DNA of 64,000 nt from NCBI GenBank assembly GCA_002269645.1, contig NIVC01001382.1, forward strand, positions 87,640-151,639. The letters are read 5' to 3'. The stretch is from Macrostomum lignano (Eukaryota). The position numbers and the translations under genes are program-made. Of the stretch, positions 23,713-35,900 are shown in pieces. Under the pieces are notes generated by a model. That model made no database searches. It had not been told where the DNA came from and was given only the letters and a program-made list of their open reading frames with translations. Positions within the stretch are counted from its first letter, which is position 1; each line of letters starts with the position of its first letter.

Positions 23713-24567
23713 CACTCAGCAACATTTAAAACGCAACACTCTAACTAGAAGAAAAATCAACTCACTCAGAAGAGTCAAAGCGCATAGTCTATGGTTCAAA
23801 TCGAGCTTCAGAAACGCGTGTAGCTTCCTCTCGCAAGTAACAGGGCGTTGACTCGACGTGGCATTCCCAGAACAAGGCGTCGAAAAAAGTCCTGGGGAAT
23901 TTCCTGCCACGCGTTAGCAACAGCGTTTCGCAGTTCAGCGACTGTCTGCGGCGGATTCTGCGCCCGCTGCATGGCCCACAGTTCCCTGTTAGCGACATGT
24001 GCAGGACTCAGGCGCGGCCTCCTCCGCATTTTTCTTGACCGCAATCCTGCAGCGTGAATCCTGCGGCGAATCGTCTGCGCGCTGAGAACGTTGCCTCTGC
24101 GGCTTCTCTCTGCCCACATCAATCGCAGGAGTGTGGCATGCAGTGTGGGGTTTCCACGCACTATTCTCAGCAGGCGTCGATCTGCCCTCGCTGTTGTACT
24201 GCGAAGTTGGTGAAGCACCATACCTTTTCTCGCGTGAGCCACGCTTCCAGTGGCTCTGCTCTTCTGTAGCAGACGTAAAACTGTTGAAGGCGACCTCCCG
24301 AAGTGGTTCGCAACTGTTCGAAGAGTACAACCTGCTTCCAACATTCCGACTGCTCGCCATCTTTCCGCGTCTGTCATCTGTTGAACCATTCTCTCAGCTG
24401 GATCACTCTATCTGAAAACAGTCCATAGTCATCGCCCTGTTACTTGCGAGAGGAAGCTACACGCGTTTCTGAAGCTCGATTTGAACCATAGACTATGCGC
24501 TTTGACTCTTCTGAGTGAGTTGATTTTTCTTCTAGTTAGAGTGTTGCGTTTTAAATGTTGCTGAGTG
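23713..24567 (-). mobile_element. Non-autonomous Tc1/mariner element, 855 bp
   Basis: Perfect 135-bp TIRs (23713-23847 / 24433-24567) and TA duplication (23711-12 / 24568-69). Confidence 0.95.
23808..24389 (-). CDS. Tc1 transposase with in-frame deletion of the DDE core (193 aa)
   Basis: Paired-like HTH (AVGMLEAG..LRTVANHFGRS.STV), R.TT...DR, TIRRR...GL, then ELWA joined directly to PQTVAELRNAV..AW.EIPQ...LV..MPRR. No DE/D/E triad. Confidence 0.9.
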   Translation of the reverse strand: MVQQMTDAERWRAVGMLEAGCTLRTVANHFGRSPSTVLRLLQKSRATGSVAHARKGMVLHQLRSTTARADRRLLRIVRGNPTLHATLLRLMWAERSRRGNVLSAQTIRRRIHAAGLRSRKMRRRPRLSPAHVANRELWAMQRAQNPPQTVAELRNAVANAWQEIPQDFFRRLVLGMPRRVNALLLARGSYTRF

Positions 24568-24649
24568 TATATTTAGAGCATAAAAACATTTCAATGTTTC
24601 AATTTTAATTCAAGTGGGAACGCAAAACGGAGTCAACAGAATGAATGAA

Positions 24650-24830
24650 CCACTTCCTAGAATCGCTCATAAACCATCTCTATAATCGGTCATAATCCAC
24701 CCCTAGAATCGCTAATAAACCACCTCTAGAATTGCTAATAAACCACCCCTGGAGTCGCTCATAAACCACCCCTAGAATCGGTCATAAACCACCCCTAGAA
24801 TCGGTCATAAACCACCTCTAGAATCGCTAA
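24650..24830. repeat. 23-bp tandem repeat, ~8 copies
   Basis: ATAAACCACCCCTAGAATCGCTC units. Confidence 0.9.
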
Positions 24831-24848
24831 TCAATACAGTGCCCAACA

Positions 24849-25470
24849 CTATTGCACAACGCACCTACCCCCAGCCACAGCCCCAGCCCCAGTCCCAGAA
24901 TTATGAGAAGCAGCAGCAGCAGCAGCAGACGTCCGGACGGCAGGAGCAGTCGGGACGGCAGGAGCACTCGGGACGGCAGGAACAGTCGGGACGGCAGGAG
25001 CACTCGGGACGGCAGGAGCAGTCGGGACGGCAGGAGCACTCGGGACGGCAGGAACAGTCGGGACGGCAGGATCACTCGGGACGGCAGGAGCAGTCGGGAC
25101 GGCAGGAGCACTCGGGACGGCAGGAACAGTCGGGACGGCAGGAGCACTCGGGACGGCAGGAGCAGTCGGGACGGCAGGAGCAGTCAGGACGGCAGAAGCA
25201 GCCGCAGCTGGAGTAGCTGCCGCCCGTGCGGCAGCAGCACGTGCAATCGCCGCACGTGCTGCTGCCGCACGGGCAGTCGGCGCACTAACAGCTGCAGCAG
25301 TAGCAGCTGCAGCAGGAGCAGCTGTAGCAAGGGTTAGTTTTTTAGTCAGTTCATAGCACGAAAGACAACCAAGTGGGGAGGCGACTTTTCTTTCCAATTG
25401 CCAAAATATTGGCGCAACGCTTTTTCTGCCAGCTGGCAGACTTTTTGGCAGAACGTTGGCAACAAGCGCT
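24849..25470 (-). CDS. Putative terminal exon: Ala/Pro-rich repeat protein ending in CaaX (RCVVQ*)
   Basis: The frame is open for >600 nt below a TTAACAG acceptor-like site. Contains 18-bp units encoding APAVPT/APAVPS and ends GGT AGG TGC GTT GTG CAA TAG. Confidence 0.4.
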
Positions 25471-25507
25471 GTTAAATATTGAGAGAATACTGTGAGAATA
25501 CTGAAAA

Positions 25508-26661
25508 TGCTGTGTGTGGGCTCAGGGCCATAGACACCTGGGAACCACCACAGTAAGTTTATTTTATAATGTAGATCAGAGCAGAATTTAAAGAAAGCCA
25601 AGAGGCCTAGAAGACGCTTAGTGTGAGCGCTCTGAAATATGTTGTACTCGCGTGCTGCGATCTCGTCTTGCCCGGTCGTTTTGTTTTCCCCGGGTAGCGG
25701 GTTCGGTGCGGGACTGCCCCGGGCGCGCGGCGGAGGGATGGACGGAGGACGAACTCGGGGCTCGGGGTACTTCCGCGGTCAGCGGAGCGGATAGCCACTC
25801 AGAGCCGGCCCGGGAGTCACCGAGGTGAATGTGAAGGATTGGCCGGGGCGTACAGACACTCCGGAACAATCAAGAGATACGAGGTGATGGATTAGCCGGG
25901 GCGTACAGACACTCCAAGCCAATCGAAGAGTGCAGGTGAGCAAGGGGCCGAGTAGGTGAAGCGATGAGGCGGCGAGGATGGAGGGAAGACACGTGCAGAG
26001 AGCCCCAAAAAAACGCGAACGCAACCCGAATAAACGTAATTTAAGCTTACCGGGCGGGGTCAAACCGACTCATGCAACGCAGTTTATTTGGCCGTAGTAA
26101 CTGTTCTGGCAGCTCGGAGACGGCGGGTGGCACGGATTAGCTTGCTACGAAGTGTTCCGAAAGTTTACTGGGCTCGTGCAGTTTTGTACTTTTATGATAG
26201 TTTTCTTACTCAGTTGCTGGTGTAGCTCTAACCGCAAAAACCAAGCAGCGTGCCACCGGCCGGCTCCAAGCCAGCTAATAAATAGTATGCCAAAAAATGG
26301 GGGAGTGGGCCAAACCGGCCTGAGCGCAAATACTCACACAACAGAACCCCGCGAGCACCCCACCCTAGCCCAGCCAATCAAAACACGCGCTGGGTAAGGC
26401 TCTACGAACGAGGGGGGGGGTAGAAAAGCGAGGGTCTGCCGGCCCAGCCAGCCAATCAGAGCACACGCCGGCTGCCTAAAACCAAAGCCGGCTGAACCAA
26501 CTCAAACCAGCTAGGCCGGCAGACCGGGCGGTTCGCATGCACCAAAAAAACAAGTTGATGAGGTCATTGTGGCGCAGGCCACAACAAATATATGAGTACA
26601 AAACTCTCGCAATCGTCTGACAACAACCGAATGACTCAGTCTCCTTAGTGCATACATAGCA
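25508..26661 (+). repeat. 5' LTR of the Mag-like element, split by a solo LTR
   Basis: 25508-25639 plus 26587-26661 match 30594-30796. Confidence 0.92.
25640..26586. mobile_element. Solo LTR (947 bp) of an unrelated LTR element
   Basis: TGTTGT...ACAACA termini and 4-bp TSD AATA (25636-39 / 26587-90). Removing it restores CTGAAATATATGAG as seen in the 3' LTR. Confidence 0.9.
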
Positions 26662-26701
26662 GTGGCGTCGCAAGCTTTTGAACTTTGTCAACTTGCGAGA
26701 T

Positions 26702-27667
26702 ATGTCGAAGTCACCAGGAAAAGTACCTGGTAAGACACCAGTAAAGTCTCCAGTGAAGATTGCAGCAATAGCTCCGAGCATGCTCTCACAGGATGCGACT
26801 TTGTCGAACCAAAGCAGCCGTCCAACGTCGGGAATGGCCCAAATAGAGCGATTGGACGTGAACTCTAGCCTGGAGCGATGGATGGATCGCCTCGAGATCG
26901 CGTCGAAGTTCTTCAACTGGAGCGCGACCGACAAGGCTCAGGTGCTGCTTTTAAGACTCGCACCGCAGCTGTTTGAAAAACTGGCGGACTATCTGGCGCC
27001 CAAAAAGCCTGGAGATAAGAAATTCGACGAGCTGAAAACAGCGCTGGAGGAAATAATGCTGCCCAAAACGTACGTCCTTGCCGAAGGATTCAATTTTCAA
27101 AGTATAAGACGAGAACCAAACGAAAAAGTGCGAGTGTTCTCCGAGCGATTGATCAAAGCGGCAGAAAAGTGTGAGTTTCAAAACAAGGACGAAAGACTGC
27201 GTGATCAGTTCATTTGCGGCCTAAACAACCAATGAATTATTGGGAAGCTTATCGTCAAAGATCACAAGAAGCTCAGTTTTAAGGACGCAGCTAGCGAAGC
27301 AGAAGCGCATGCAAGTCTGTTGGAGACTCCTATTATGAAGAGTGCACCAAAAACTGAGGCTGGGTCCATCCTAAAGGTCGATTTATCGAAGCGTAGAACC
27401 GTCGAAAAGAAGAGCAATCAGACTCACGGAAAGGGTCTCGAGAAGGCGTGTCAAAAGTGTCGACGCGCACATGCCAGGATGCAGTGCCCCCCGTATGGGA
27501 AAAGTTGCAATAACTGCGGTAAGCCTAATCAATTTACGAAGGTCTGCAGAAATGGTGAGAGTAAAAGCAGGACATCAGGCGGAAATTCTGTACAACATGT
27601 AGCTGGGAGTGGAAACATTTTCGCGGCGGAAGCCCGAAGGTGTTGTCAGCGACAGCAGCCTCGATAG
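26702..27667 (+). pseudogene. gag: Gag of the Mag-like element (premature TGA at 27233)
   Basis: W..RLE...LLL.L, F....R...E.V..F..RL..AA..CEF..DERLRDQFI.G and two degenerate CCHC knuckles, all in one frame across the stop. Confidence 0.88.
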
Positions 27668-27682
27668 CCGATTGCTATCACG

Positions 27683-30533
27683 GTGAAGATTCTCGAAGCA
27701 AACAGAGGGCATCCCATCCGTTGCGAGCTCGATACGGGAGCTGGAGTGTCGATCTTGTCAGAAGCCTTGTGGAACCAACTTGGTCGCCCAACTCTAAGAC
27801 CTTCGGACGTAAAGCTGGGAGGCTATGCGAGTGACCATACGCTTCATGTATTGGGAAGGTATGAAGCAACTGTTGATATCGAAGGCAAATTTCGGTCAAT
27901 CAATTTGAAGTTGTGAAAGTGAACAAGAGCTACGCTCTTCTTGAAAGGGACGTGCCTTGTGTCCATCTGGAATCAAGTCAGGCTGTGGGAGAGGCGGCAC
28001 CTTGTGCATCTATGAAAGCGCATCTAGAGTTAAAGGCGGGCGCGACACCGAAGCACATAAAGGCAAGGCCTGCCTTCTGCCCAACGTGAAGCTGTTCGAG
28101 AGAGATAGATCGATTGCTCCAGGAGGGAATCATAGAGCCTGTACGTTTCGCAGAGTGGGCATCGCCTATTGTGGTCGTGCCGAAACAACGTGGAGGAATT
28201 CGGCTCTGCGTGGATTACAAAAGGACTCTAAACCCGCAATTGGTACCTGACAGTTACCTGATGCCGACTCCGGAAGAGGCGTTTTCAGTAGTATCTAGCT
28301 GCAAGCGATACACACTGCTCGACTTGGAGAAAGCCTACAATCAAATCGAGCTGGATGCCGGATCAAAGCCGCTAACAGTGATGTCAACACCATTTGGGAA
28401 TTACCAATATAACAGACTAGTGTTCGGGATAAAACGGCGCCGTCCATTTTCCAAAGATATATCTCAGAAGTAATTCAGGGAATCAATGAATCTATAGCCT
28501 ACATAGATGATGTGTTGATCGGTGGAAAGGATGAGGACGAGCTGTTATCAAGAGAGGAGGAGGTTCTGCAGCGGCTGGAAGCAGAGGGACTGCGTGTAAA
28601 TAAGGAGAAGTGCCAGCGGAATCAAAGCAGGATTCGGTTTTTGGGCCACATACTCGACAACGGCAACATTTACCCAGACAAAGAAAAAGTTAGTGCAATT
28701 AAAGACATGGAAGCGCCTAAAAACCTGGCTGAGCTAGAATCATTCCTGGGCTTAGTGGCATTTTGCTCGCGGTTCATTCAGAATTTAGGTGACCTGACTG
28801 CTCCGCTGATGCAGCTGAAGCAAAAAAATGTACCCTTCGAGTGGGGACCGAAACAGAGCAAGGCGCTGGAAAACCCCAAAGCTTCAATATCTAGAGATGC
28901 GCAGCTAACGGCCTATGATCCAGATCGGCCTATGGAGCTCGAGTTCGATGCTTCGCAGAAGGCCCTGGGAGGAATTCTGAGCCAGGAGGGTCGTCCAGTG
29001 CTCTACATCAGCAAAATATTGTCGAAGGCTGAGCGAAATTACTCGCAGATAGAACGTGAGGCGTTGGCCATAGTTTGGGGTGTTCGCAGATGCCATCGAT
29101 TCTTGTGTGGCAGGAAGTTTACGCTGGTTACCGACCACAAACCGCTGGTTTACATATTTGCCGTGGACAGCGAGCTACCTGCTCGTGTTTCAGTGAGATT
29201 GCAGCTTTGGTCGATTTTGCTTACGGCGTATGACTATGAAATCAAATATCGAAACACCAAGGCGATGTCATCAGATGCGTTGTCCAGACTAGTATCGCAG
29301 CATAAGAGTAAAGCAACTTTGGAGATTGGAAATGTAAATGCTTTCTGCACGCTGTTGCCAACTAAATTGATGATAAAAGCAACTCGAGAATGCAACGAGA
29401 TGCAGCGCTTGTTGAGTGCTATCAGATCAGGAAGTTTCAAGTCACCGAAGCTACGAGCCTTCAAGCCGGTCCGAGATGAGCTCGAGACAAGACGGTCTAA
29501 TTCTTCGAGGTCATAGAGTAGTGATACCTCGATCACTGCGTTGTAAGACGATCGGAGTGGTTCACCAAGCACACTTAGGAATAGTCAAATCTAAATCTCT
29601 GGCAAGAACTGAGTTCTGGTGGCCAGCGATGGACAAAGACTTGGAGAAAATCATTAGCAAGTGCTGGGTATGCCGATCAGCCAAACCACAACATAGAGTT
29701 TTTCGGACGCCCTGGCCGCAGGCTGCTGGGCCATGGCAGCGAGTTCAGAGAGTTCATGCAGATTTTGCAGGACCAATTCAGAAACAGTACATCTTGGTGC
29801 TGGTAGACGCATACACTGGTTACCCAGAGATTTACATCGTTAGTCGACCACAGTAATAGAACGTCTCCGTCGAACGTTTTTCCAGTTCGGAGTACCACAA
29901 ACTTTGGTTACCGACAACGGGCCGAGCTTTATGAGTTCTGAATTGAACCAGTGGCTCACGGAAATCGACTGCGAGCATCTTACTACGCCAGCATATCATC
30001 CGCAAAGCAACGGTGCGGCTGAACGGCTGGTAAGAACTGTGAAGGAGACAATAGAAGCAAACGGGTTCAGTCAGAAGACGATTGACCGTTTTCTTTTGTT
30101 TTATCGAGCATCGGCTGGCAGAAACGGTGTTTCACCTGCAGAGCAACTGTTTGCGAGAAGGATTCGGGTGCCGTTCACTGCTAGGCAGGTCGGTCTTGAG
30201 GAGCAGGTGATTTACAAGAACTTCCGAGATGCTGCGGTTCCGGCAAGAATTGTGCTGCAGCTAGGAAGGAGCATGGCGCTCATCAAGACTGAGAAACAGA
30301 AGCCAGTCTACCGGAGGGCTCATCTGGATCGACTGAGGCCATGCACTGACTCTGATCAACAGCCTGGAGGGCAAACGGATCAGACGGCAGAGCAGTCCGA
30401 TATCGACCAGCTGCCCAAGTCCGGGGAAGAGGGAGAGCCGGAGGACAAAGAGCATCTCCCATCGGAGGATCAAGGCCAGCCACGGCGCAGCTACCGACTG
30501 GCGCTAAAGCCACGGATTGACTATAGATTCTGA
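27683..30533 (+). pseudogene. pol: Pol (protease, RT, RNase H, integrase) with several frameshifts
   Basis: LDTGAGVS; WASPIVVVPK, RLCVDY, LDLEKAYNQI, YIDD; DAS, YSQIEREALA; HQAHLG, HADFAGP, VTDNG, PQSNGAAER. Confidence 0.93.
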
Positions 30534-30593
30534 TGTTGGCTTGAGCTTGCATTGTCTATTCACTAACTTGCGATACCCATTGTAAGGGGAAGG

Positions 30594-30796
30594 TGCTGTG
30601 TGTGGGCTCAAGGCCATAGACACCTGGGAACCACCACAGTAAGTTTATTTTATAATGTAGAGCAGAGCAGAATTTAAAGAAAGCCAAGAGGCCTAGAAGA
30701 CGCTTGGCGTGAGCGCTCTGAAATATATGAGTACAAAACTCACGCAATCGTCTGACAACAACCGAATGACTCCGTCTCCTTAGTGCATACATAACA
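30594..30796 (+). repeat. 3' LTR of the Mag-like element
   Basis: TGCTGTG...CATAACA immediately after the PPT. Confidence 0.93.
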
Positions 30797-31489
30797 GAGA
30801 GAAAATTTTTACTCCGCTGTGCTCTTTATATTGAAAAAAGACATGTCTTCAAAGGGTGAGCTCGTCTTTCGCTACAAGGAGTCAACGGCGAAGTTAACCA
30901 CTTTTACCACGAAATCGCTGCTGTTTGGCCTGAAACTGTATTGAAAGACTTTGATATCAACATTATTTTGAAGTCGATACCTATCGACTAGAAGTTTACA
31001 AAGGAACGGGACCTTTTCGATCTTCTAGACAAGTTGAACGCTGCAAGAAGAAGCCAGGAAGCCGCGGCTGCTTCAACTACGCAACAGGGGATCAAAGCCA
31101 ATCGAAAAAAGAAAATTGGAGAAGAAGAGCGAAATATTTTCTCGCGTGGTTACCCGCTCGCAAACGAGTCAAGAGTTGCCTTAACTAATATTATCATCGT
31201 TTGGTAATGTCTCTCATACTATTGTCCGCTGTATGAGAATTTTTGCGGAGCAATCTTATTATCATAAATATATCAGTGAAGATAGGTAAATTGAGTGAAT
31301 TGTGACTTGTGAGAAAAAAGCAAGTTCTTTCGTAGGATCAGCACCCCGGGTTTAGGGATTTAAAGTCTTAGGGATCTGGTTTCGCGTTGCGAATCGAATG
31401 TGGGGAGAAGAATGCAGATTATCTTCTGATTGTTTCGAAGATGCTATGGGTGGATGTCAGTGGATTATGTAGGACACCTTTTATGCTCT

Positions 31490-31695
31490 TATTCTGTCAG
31501 GGATAATATGGATGGATTTAATGGATTATGGATGACGTTTCGTAAGCGAGTTTGACCCTCTTTTTTTATTTTGTCGGGGATAATATGGATGGATTTAATG
31601 GGATTATGTTCCAAGTTTTCGAAGCAAGTGCAAACCCCCTTTTTCTGATTCTGTCGTGGATAATATGGATGGATTTAATGGGATTATGGAGGACG
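31490..31695. repeat. Three imperfect copies of GGATAATATGGATGGATTTAATGGGATTATG
   Basis: Copies near 31500, 31577 and 31658. Confidence 0.75.
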
Positions 31696-32905
31696 TTAAA
31701 AAAATTTCCCAGAAGCCCCCTCATGCATTCTACTTAGAAGCCTTTGTTTCTATACTTTCAGATTAAAAAGACAATTGATATGGAAAATTGGTACCATTTA
31801 TGATAAAAATGACTCTTGTCATCAGAAGCAAGCAGTGATGCTGATGCAATCACTCTGTTGAATCATGCAGAGGCAGTTCCACTGACTCCTTTGACCGGTT
31901 CTTCTTTCGAGCACGGTCTCGTGAGGCTTGATTGAGGGACAAACGTGCCTGCCCCCAAAGTGACAAGCCTCCAAATCGGACACGGAGGGCATCTTAGAAT
32001 GGGAGGGCAGGGTGGTATATGGGCAGTAAATGTCCTATACCTTTAAGACTGCTTGCAAGTCACACAATTGATAATGGAAATCACAAATATGACTTTACTA
32101 CTTTACATTTTCTAAATATAAAATAATACAGAGAAATAATCTGACTCTTCCACCAACAAAATTAAAATGTTCCAATTTGATATATATATTAACATATTAT
32201 TGATATACAAATTTAAAAATCTTATATATAGAGCCAATTATAATGTTATAATTATAAATTTTATAAAAAGGAGAAAACATCAATACAAAGAAAACTCACT
32301 CTTCAACTGAGAGATCAATTCAGATGAAGCTGGCTGAAATCCACCTTTCATTGGTGACTGTTCAAATCGATGGGTTGCAACATAATCAGGTCCCATCAAG
32401 CGATCAACCAAATTTAGTACAAACACTAGCAATTTAAGCCCCCCGTTGGGGGGCGCAAAAAACACAAATTAAGTGGTTTCCATTTTTGCCCAAGAGTCAT
32501 TATTTAACTAATTACGCCCCCCTTTGGGGAACAAAGAATGAATATAATAATTTTATTAATAATGTAATTTAATAACATACAATAATAATGTACACGTACA
32601 CTATTACATAAAATGTACATGTCCCACTCCATTCCAGATACCAGGCCTGTATAATATGTTGACATTCAATTAATTATAATAATTAATAATTTTTATTTTA
32701 TTATTCTACCGAATTGTTTGTTCTTTTTCAAGCTTTGTCGCAGTCGAGGTGTTGATTTTTTACTTTCAGCTTGATGATGGAATTGGCGTGTGTAGGAATT
32801 TATATTTTTTTATTTTAATATGCGTGTGGTAATTTCGCTTTAAGCACTTATTAGCGCAGTTTGCACTTCTTTTCAACAGGGAACAGGGAACAGAGAACAG
32901 TAGAC

Positions 32906-35900
32906 TAGGGGGCGACCCAGTCCCGGGCCCGGGCCCGAAAAGTCGGGAATCCCGACCAAAATCGTGGCCCGACCCGGGCCCGGGCCCGAACCTAAAAAAG
33001 TCGGGAAATCGGGACAAATCTTTTTTCCCTAAAGGCACTAACCGCGTGCGAATAAGAAAAAATTATTTTTCAACACATTCACACTAATTTACCCTTAATT
33101 CCAGCCCCAGGAAAATGCAACTGCAACTGCAAGGCATGACTGCATGAGGCATCTCTGTCTCTGGTCGGTCACTGACCTCACCTCGACCTCACCTGACCTG
33201 ACTGTGAGCGGTCTGTGATTCTATGAAGCTGTCGGTCACTCACTGTCACTGGTGACTGGTGTCAGTCAAGCTCAAGCCTGTCTGCCCTGCCCCGGCTGTC
33301 CGTGAAGTTCGGTGATGTCTGGTGCTGCTCCCATCCCGATTCCCGATGTCCAGTCCAGGTCCAGGCTGCCAAGTCCGAGTGCCGATGCCGACTCCCGTTC
33401 CCGTTCCGTCACCGTCCTGAGTCTTGGACAGCTGGACTCCTGTCCTGAGTCCTGACTCCCACTCGAGCTTGAGTCAAGTAACCCACTCACTTAACTAAAC
33501 AGTCAGATTCGAATTTTCGAGTGTACATGTACGACAATAAAATTACATACTGTTCAAAATTGATGATACATATCATACAATATACATACAATATAGATAT
33601 ATGTATATATATATATGTAATACTGATAGACTGATAGTGATATCATATCTGATACCGATTTATTGAAATTGACATCGTAAAAGATTACTGACTTCTGAGT
33701 TTTGACTTTTTCCTTTTTTATCACTTTCGTTTCGTCTGGACTCCTGGAGTGGAGAAGAGAAGTTGAGTGGAGGCCGAGGCCCGAGGGTGGACTGGACTGG
33801 ACTTTGAACTTTCTGGGCTCGTGGAGTGGAGTCGTGTCGTGTCTGAGGCGTGAGTCGTGACTTGTGACTGATTCGTGATTCGCGAGTTTTGTTTTGACCG
33901 TGACGGTGACTCGTGATTGTGTAGTGACTCGTGAGTCGTGATCGTGACTCCGTAAGTGACGGACTACAGACGGAGTGCTAAAAATTACAGCTATGACGCC
34001 TATGAGCTACAGGCTACAGCAGACAGACCAGAGTTGCATAAGTCATGACTTATGATTGATGACACGTTCGCGTGCAAAAGACAAATGACTAAATGAATGA
34101 GTCAATTCCTCAAATGACAATTGCGTAAAACTTTGATTTGACTAAAAAATTATTCGTAAAATTACACAAAATGGCAATGCAATTGTGCAAGCAAGGACTT
34201 TATTGATAAATTAAGGCAAGGCAAACGAGCCAGCAGAAAGAGTTAAGAATTAAGGAGCCTTAGACTTGGAGTTAGTAATACTTGTCAGTACTAGATGCTA
34301 CTATGTTTTCTTTAAAAGTTTTTTAGTTTTCTGTTATAAAATACTTTCTTAAAAAGTTTAAACCTAGTAGTACTAGTCGTAGTAGCATCATAGATTCATA
34401 GTACACAACACAAGATAAAACAAAGTACGACTCAAAGTAAACAAAGTACACAAAACTAAGTACGACGTACTACGACGACTACTACTAGTCTACGTCTACG
34501 AGTTTACGAGGTACGACTACGAGTAACAGAACAGTCACGGACTCACGGTCCCACGGAATAAATCGAATAGGAAAAAGGATGTAGGAAATTAGGAATAGAT
34601 TAGTCCGAGCTGATTATAATCACCGACTGACCGACCGGCTCACCTACACTTCATACAAGTACAATCCCTACGGCATACGCCCAGTGTTGCCACTCCAAAA
34701 AAGACCTAATTTAGCGCAGCACAGCACTAATTTTTGCTAAATGTTGCATATTTTCTTTCATTTAAAATCGCTTGCAGTTTGCACTATGGACGCGCATCAA
34801 AATTGGTTAAAATCAATTAACGAATAAAAACAGTGCAGCAGGTAGTTGGTTAGTGACAGGAGAGAGGGAGGGGAGGGGAGAGGCAGAGACAGGGAGGGGT
34901 AGAGAGAGAGGGAGAGAGAGACGGAGAGGGAGAGACGGGGCGACACATGCTAGGCTAAAATAGCGCCGTTATTTTAGCGAAACTTGTAGACATAATTGAT
35001 GAGCGGCAAATTAATTTGACAGAAAACTAACTTTTCAAGGGTAGAAGGCTTTAATGAAGCCCGGTTGTCACAGAAAACATTGGACGCGATACTAAAGAGC
35101 CGCTCGCTGGCGACACGTAGCAGGAACACAGCAGTAGTGGCGAACAATCGGCTTCAGAAGTTCCAGTTCAGCTTCAGGCTTAGCCCAAAAGTGTAGAGGG
35201 TTGCTGGAAAGAGGCTCCAGTTCGCTAGACCAGAAGCTAGCTAGCCTATTCTTCCAGACAGCCGACCTTTTCGTTTTGCGGCGGCGACGCAGTGCTGATG
35301 CTGATGAGCTCGACGTCGACGATGCATCAGCAGCTGTAGTAGATGCGCATGCGCGTTGTTGACTGTGTACGAGATGCAGAAGCTTCTGCGGCGGAGGGGC
35401 TGCTGCTGCTGGTGCCGAATCGTCGTCGCCATAGTCATTGTCACTGTTGTCGGAGTTGTCACGGGCACGGCCCACAAGAGCATCGTCCATCTTGTCGAGT
35501 TGGTGATCAATGGCTTGAAGAACTATTTCTGCAGCGCTTGATTTGTCAGGAAACCAATCGAGTTTAAAACGCGGATCGAGAGCAGTGGCAACCATCAGGA
35601 AGGTTGTGTTGCAGTTGCCACCGTCAAGGTCGAATTCGAATCGTCGATCAATTTCGTTTGACAAGATCATTTGAATATTTTCGATAGAACGCCTTGCTTT
35701 AGCCGACATCCCTGCTCGTACAGGAGTGACGCGTGCCAGAGAATTTTGCAGCAAACTCCCCAACGGAATCATCAATGACACTGATGAGTCTGCTTTGCTT
35801 ACCATAAGGGTAGCATCGTCGAAAACGCTTAGCAGCTCAATAATGCATTCACAGCATTGAAACTCATCCGGGCGGAGAGAAGTAAAGTTAGCTGCTTCCG

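Larger units (their letters stand above)
25508..30796 (+). mobile_element. Ty3/Gypsy LTR retrotransposon (Mag / K02A2.6-like), decayed
   Basis: Short 203-bp LTRs (TG...CA), PBS TGGCGTCG at 26663, PPT AAGGGGAAGG at 30584-30593, gag-PR-RT-RH-IN order. About 7 differences between the LTRs. No clean TSD. Confidence 0.95.

Noticed and set aside
24839-25337. Plus-strand RQEQSG / RDGRSS repeat ORFs (filaggrin- or SR-like)
   Set aside because: Alternative frames of the 18-bp repeat; GTG/TTG starts and stops soon after the repeat. The minus frame is better supported, though itself unproven.
25500-30805. Target-site duplication for the Mag-like element
   Set aside because: Flanks GAAAA| and |GAGAG do not match at 4-6 bp.
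33272-33490. Ser/Gly-rich ORF inside the hAT
   Set aside because: Lies in the micro-duplicated non-coding zone; GTG start; no domain.
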